A stretch of 61,954 nt of DNA, counting the filler, from Ferroacidibacillus organovorans (GTDB taxonomy: Bacteria > Bacillota > Bacilli > Alicyclobacillales > SLC66), in NCBI RefSeq assembly GCF_001642725.1. It is 7 parts of 7 records of this genome, joined end to end, with 100 filler letters (N's around TTAATTAATTAA, not from the genome) between each part and the next. Parts side by side here need not be neighbours in the genome. Positions count along the whole stretch, not along the records: positions 58,707 to 61,954 come from NZ_LSUQ01000098.1; 6 more parts are not named here. One strand, given 5' to 3'. The notes beneath the pieces were generated by a model. That model was not told where the DNA came from. It searched no databases and worked only from the letters and a program-made list of their open reading frames with translations. Position 1 is the first letter of the stretch. Each line of letters begins with the position of its first letter. Shown here piece after piece: positions 60,448 through 61,954 of the stretch. A program made the translations under genes and the position numbers.

Positions 60448-61954
60448 CTAGAAGTACGCTTTTAGACGCTCGCGCACCGCCTTCTCAAGTTCGTCAAGTC
60501 GTGCTGTCGCCGTCTCTTCTGAGCTTTTGCATACACCGAGATACACCTTCAGTTTCGGCTCGGTTCCAGAAGGTCGAACAGCGACCCACGCGCCATCCTG
60601 ATAGGAGAACTTCAACACATCGGCCTTCGGCAACTCGACCGTTTCCACCGCTCCACTCGCGCGTGTGCGCGTGCCGCGAAGGGTGTCTTCTGTAGCGTCC
60701 GGCACTTCTTCCCCGATCGCGAGGGGGTGCTCGCGCAGTTCGCTCATCAGCGTCTGCATACGCTGTGCCCCAGACATCCCGTCAAACTGAAAGCCGAGCA
60801 AACGGTCGCGGTAAAACCCGTACAGCGCAAACAGTCGCGCGCGTCTCTCGGGCAGCGTCTCCCCGACGCGTTTTGCATCTGCCATCATCTGCGCGATCAA
60901 AACGGACGCCTGTACGGCGTCTTTGTCGCGCACAAAAGGGAGCGCCAGATAGCCGACACTCTCTTCATAGCCAAACACGAACGTTTCCTTCTGCGCGCCC
61001 CCGCGCTCGTGCTCGTTGATCCACGCGCCGATGTATTTAAATCCGGTCAGCGTGCGCACCGTGCGACAGGAATACGCGCGCGCGATCGCCTCACCAAAAT
61101 CGGACGTCACGTGCGTACATACAACAACACCGCGCGCCGGAAGCGCGCCTTGTTTCTCTACGTGGGAAAGATACGAGTCAAGAAGCATGCCACCGATTTC
61201 ATTGCCTGAGAAAAAGTCATACGAGCCATCGCTTGCGCGCGCCATGACACCGACGCGATCCGTATCCGGGTCAGTCGCCATGATCAGATCGGCGCCGACT
61301 TCTTGCGCGCGTTTTAGCGCACCGCGATACGCGCTGCGATCCTCAGGATTGGGGCTGTCCACATGCGTAAACGCAGGGTCGAGCACCGCTTCCTGTTCCA
61401 CCACATGTACCGCCGCGAACCCCGCCTGCAAAAGGGCACTCGGTACCATCGACCCGCCAACCCCGTGCAAAGGTGTGTACACGATAACCGGGTCATGCTC
61501 TGGGTGAGGACGCCTTCCTTTTGCAAGGGCATGCACTTCACGCAAATAGCGCTCATCCATCTCCTCGCCAAGCAAGATCAGCCGACCTGCCTCAAGCGCC
61601 GCCGCGCGCGTCAGTACAGGTACCGCGAGGAGTTCACCCACCGCCCGAATGGCCGCCTCAATCTCCGCCGCCGCTTCGCTCAGCACCTGGCACCCCGTCG
61701 CGTCATACACCTTGTACCCATTATACGCAGGCGGATTGTGACTCGCCGTAATCATGACGCCCGCTGCGCAAGCGTGCGCGCGCACGGCATATGAGAGCAT
61801 TGGCGTCGGGCGGGGTGCCTCGTACAGAATCGCCGTCACGCCTTCTGCCGCCGCGACGCACGCAACCTCCTCTGCAAAACGCGCAGAGTTATACCGCCCA
61901 TCATAGCCGATCGCGATCCGCCAGTTCTCCTTTGCGGCATGCTCCCTTACATAC
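60448..61954 (-). CDS. Phosphoglucomutase/phosphomannomutase; 5' end lies beyond the window
   Basis: TASHNP, DPDTDR, GYEES and RPSGTEPK. Confidence 0.94.
   Translation of the reverse strand, partial: YVREHAAKENWRIAIGYDGRYNSARFAEEVACVAAAEGVTAILYEAPRPTPMLSYAVRAHACAAGVMITASHNPPAYNGYKVYDATGCQVLSEAAAEIEAAIRAVGELLAVPVLTRAAALEAGRLILLGEEMDERYLREVHALAKGRRPHPEHDPVIVYTPLHGVGGSMVPSALLQAGFAAVHVVEQEAVLDPAFTHVDSPNPEDRSAYRGALKRAQEVGADLIMATDPDTDRVGVMARASDGSYDFFSGNEIGGMLLDSYLSHVEKQGALPARGVVVCTHVTSDFGEAIARAYSCRTVRTLTGFKYIGAWINEHERGGAQKETFVFGYEESVGYLALPFVRDKDAVQASVLIAQMMADAKRVGETLPERRARLFALYGFYRDRLLGFQFDGMSGAQRMQTLMSELREHPLAIGEEVPDATEDTLRGTRTRASGAVETVELPKADVLKFSYQDGAWVAVRPSGTEPKLKVYLGVCKSSEETATARLDELEKAVRERLKAYF

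Overview
The window is not one locus. It is seven draft-assembly contigs joined by six artificial 100-nt linkers (N-run, TTAATTAATTAA, N-run). Gene content indicates an endospore-forming Bacillota member; an acidophilic Alicyclobacillaceae-like organism is my inference from synteny and from acid-poor, His/Lys-rich exported domains. Most of the content is housekeeping or sporulation: lepA-hemW-hrcA-grpE-dnaK-dnaJ with a perfect CIRCE, rodZ-rimO-pgsA-cinA-recA with a LexA box, yqeG-yqeH-aroE-yhbY-nadD-rsfS, comE, rpsT-gpr, nudF-spoIIM-ald-xerD-deoB, alaS-ireB-ruvX-mltG-sigK, and pgm-manA. RNA elements are a c-di-AMP (ydaO) riboswitch, an Ala T-box and the 3' end of a 5S rRNA. I found no CRISPR array, tRNA, IS or prophage. 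The best novelty candidates are: (1) two tandem RND pumps with a very long, repeat-built adaptor ending in an (HKGKH)n tail, convergent with a secreted Lys/His-rich repeat protein; (2) an alaS T-box directly behind a 5S rRNA, with a perfect 13-bp complementarity between the post-5S hairpin and T-box Stem I; (3) a remodelled comE locus, with a c-di-AMP-controlled NlpC/P60 gene in place of comEB, a ComEC lacking its MBL domain, and a small HPDGEH ORF after it. All three are hypotheses from reading the sequence; no searches were run.
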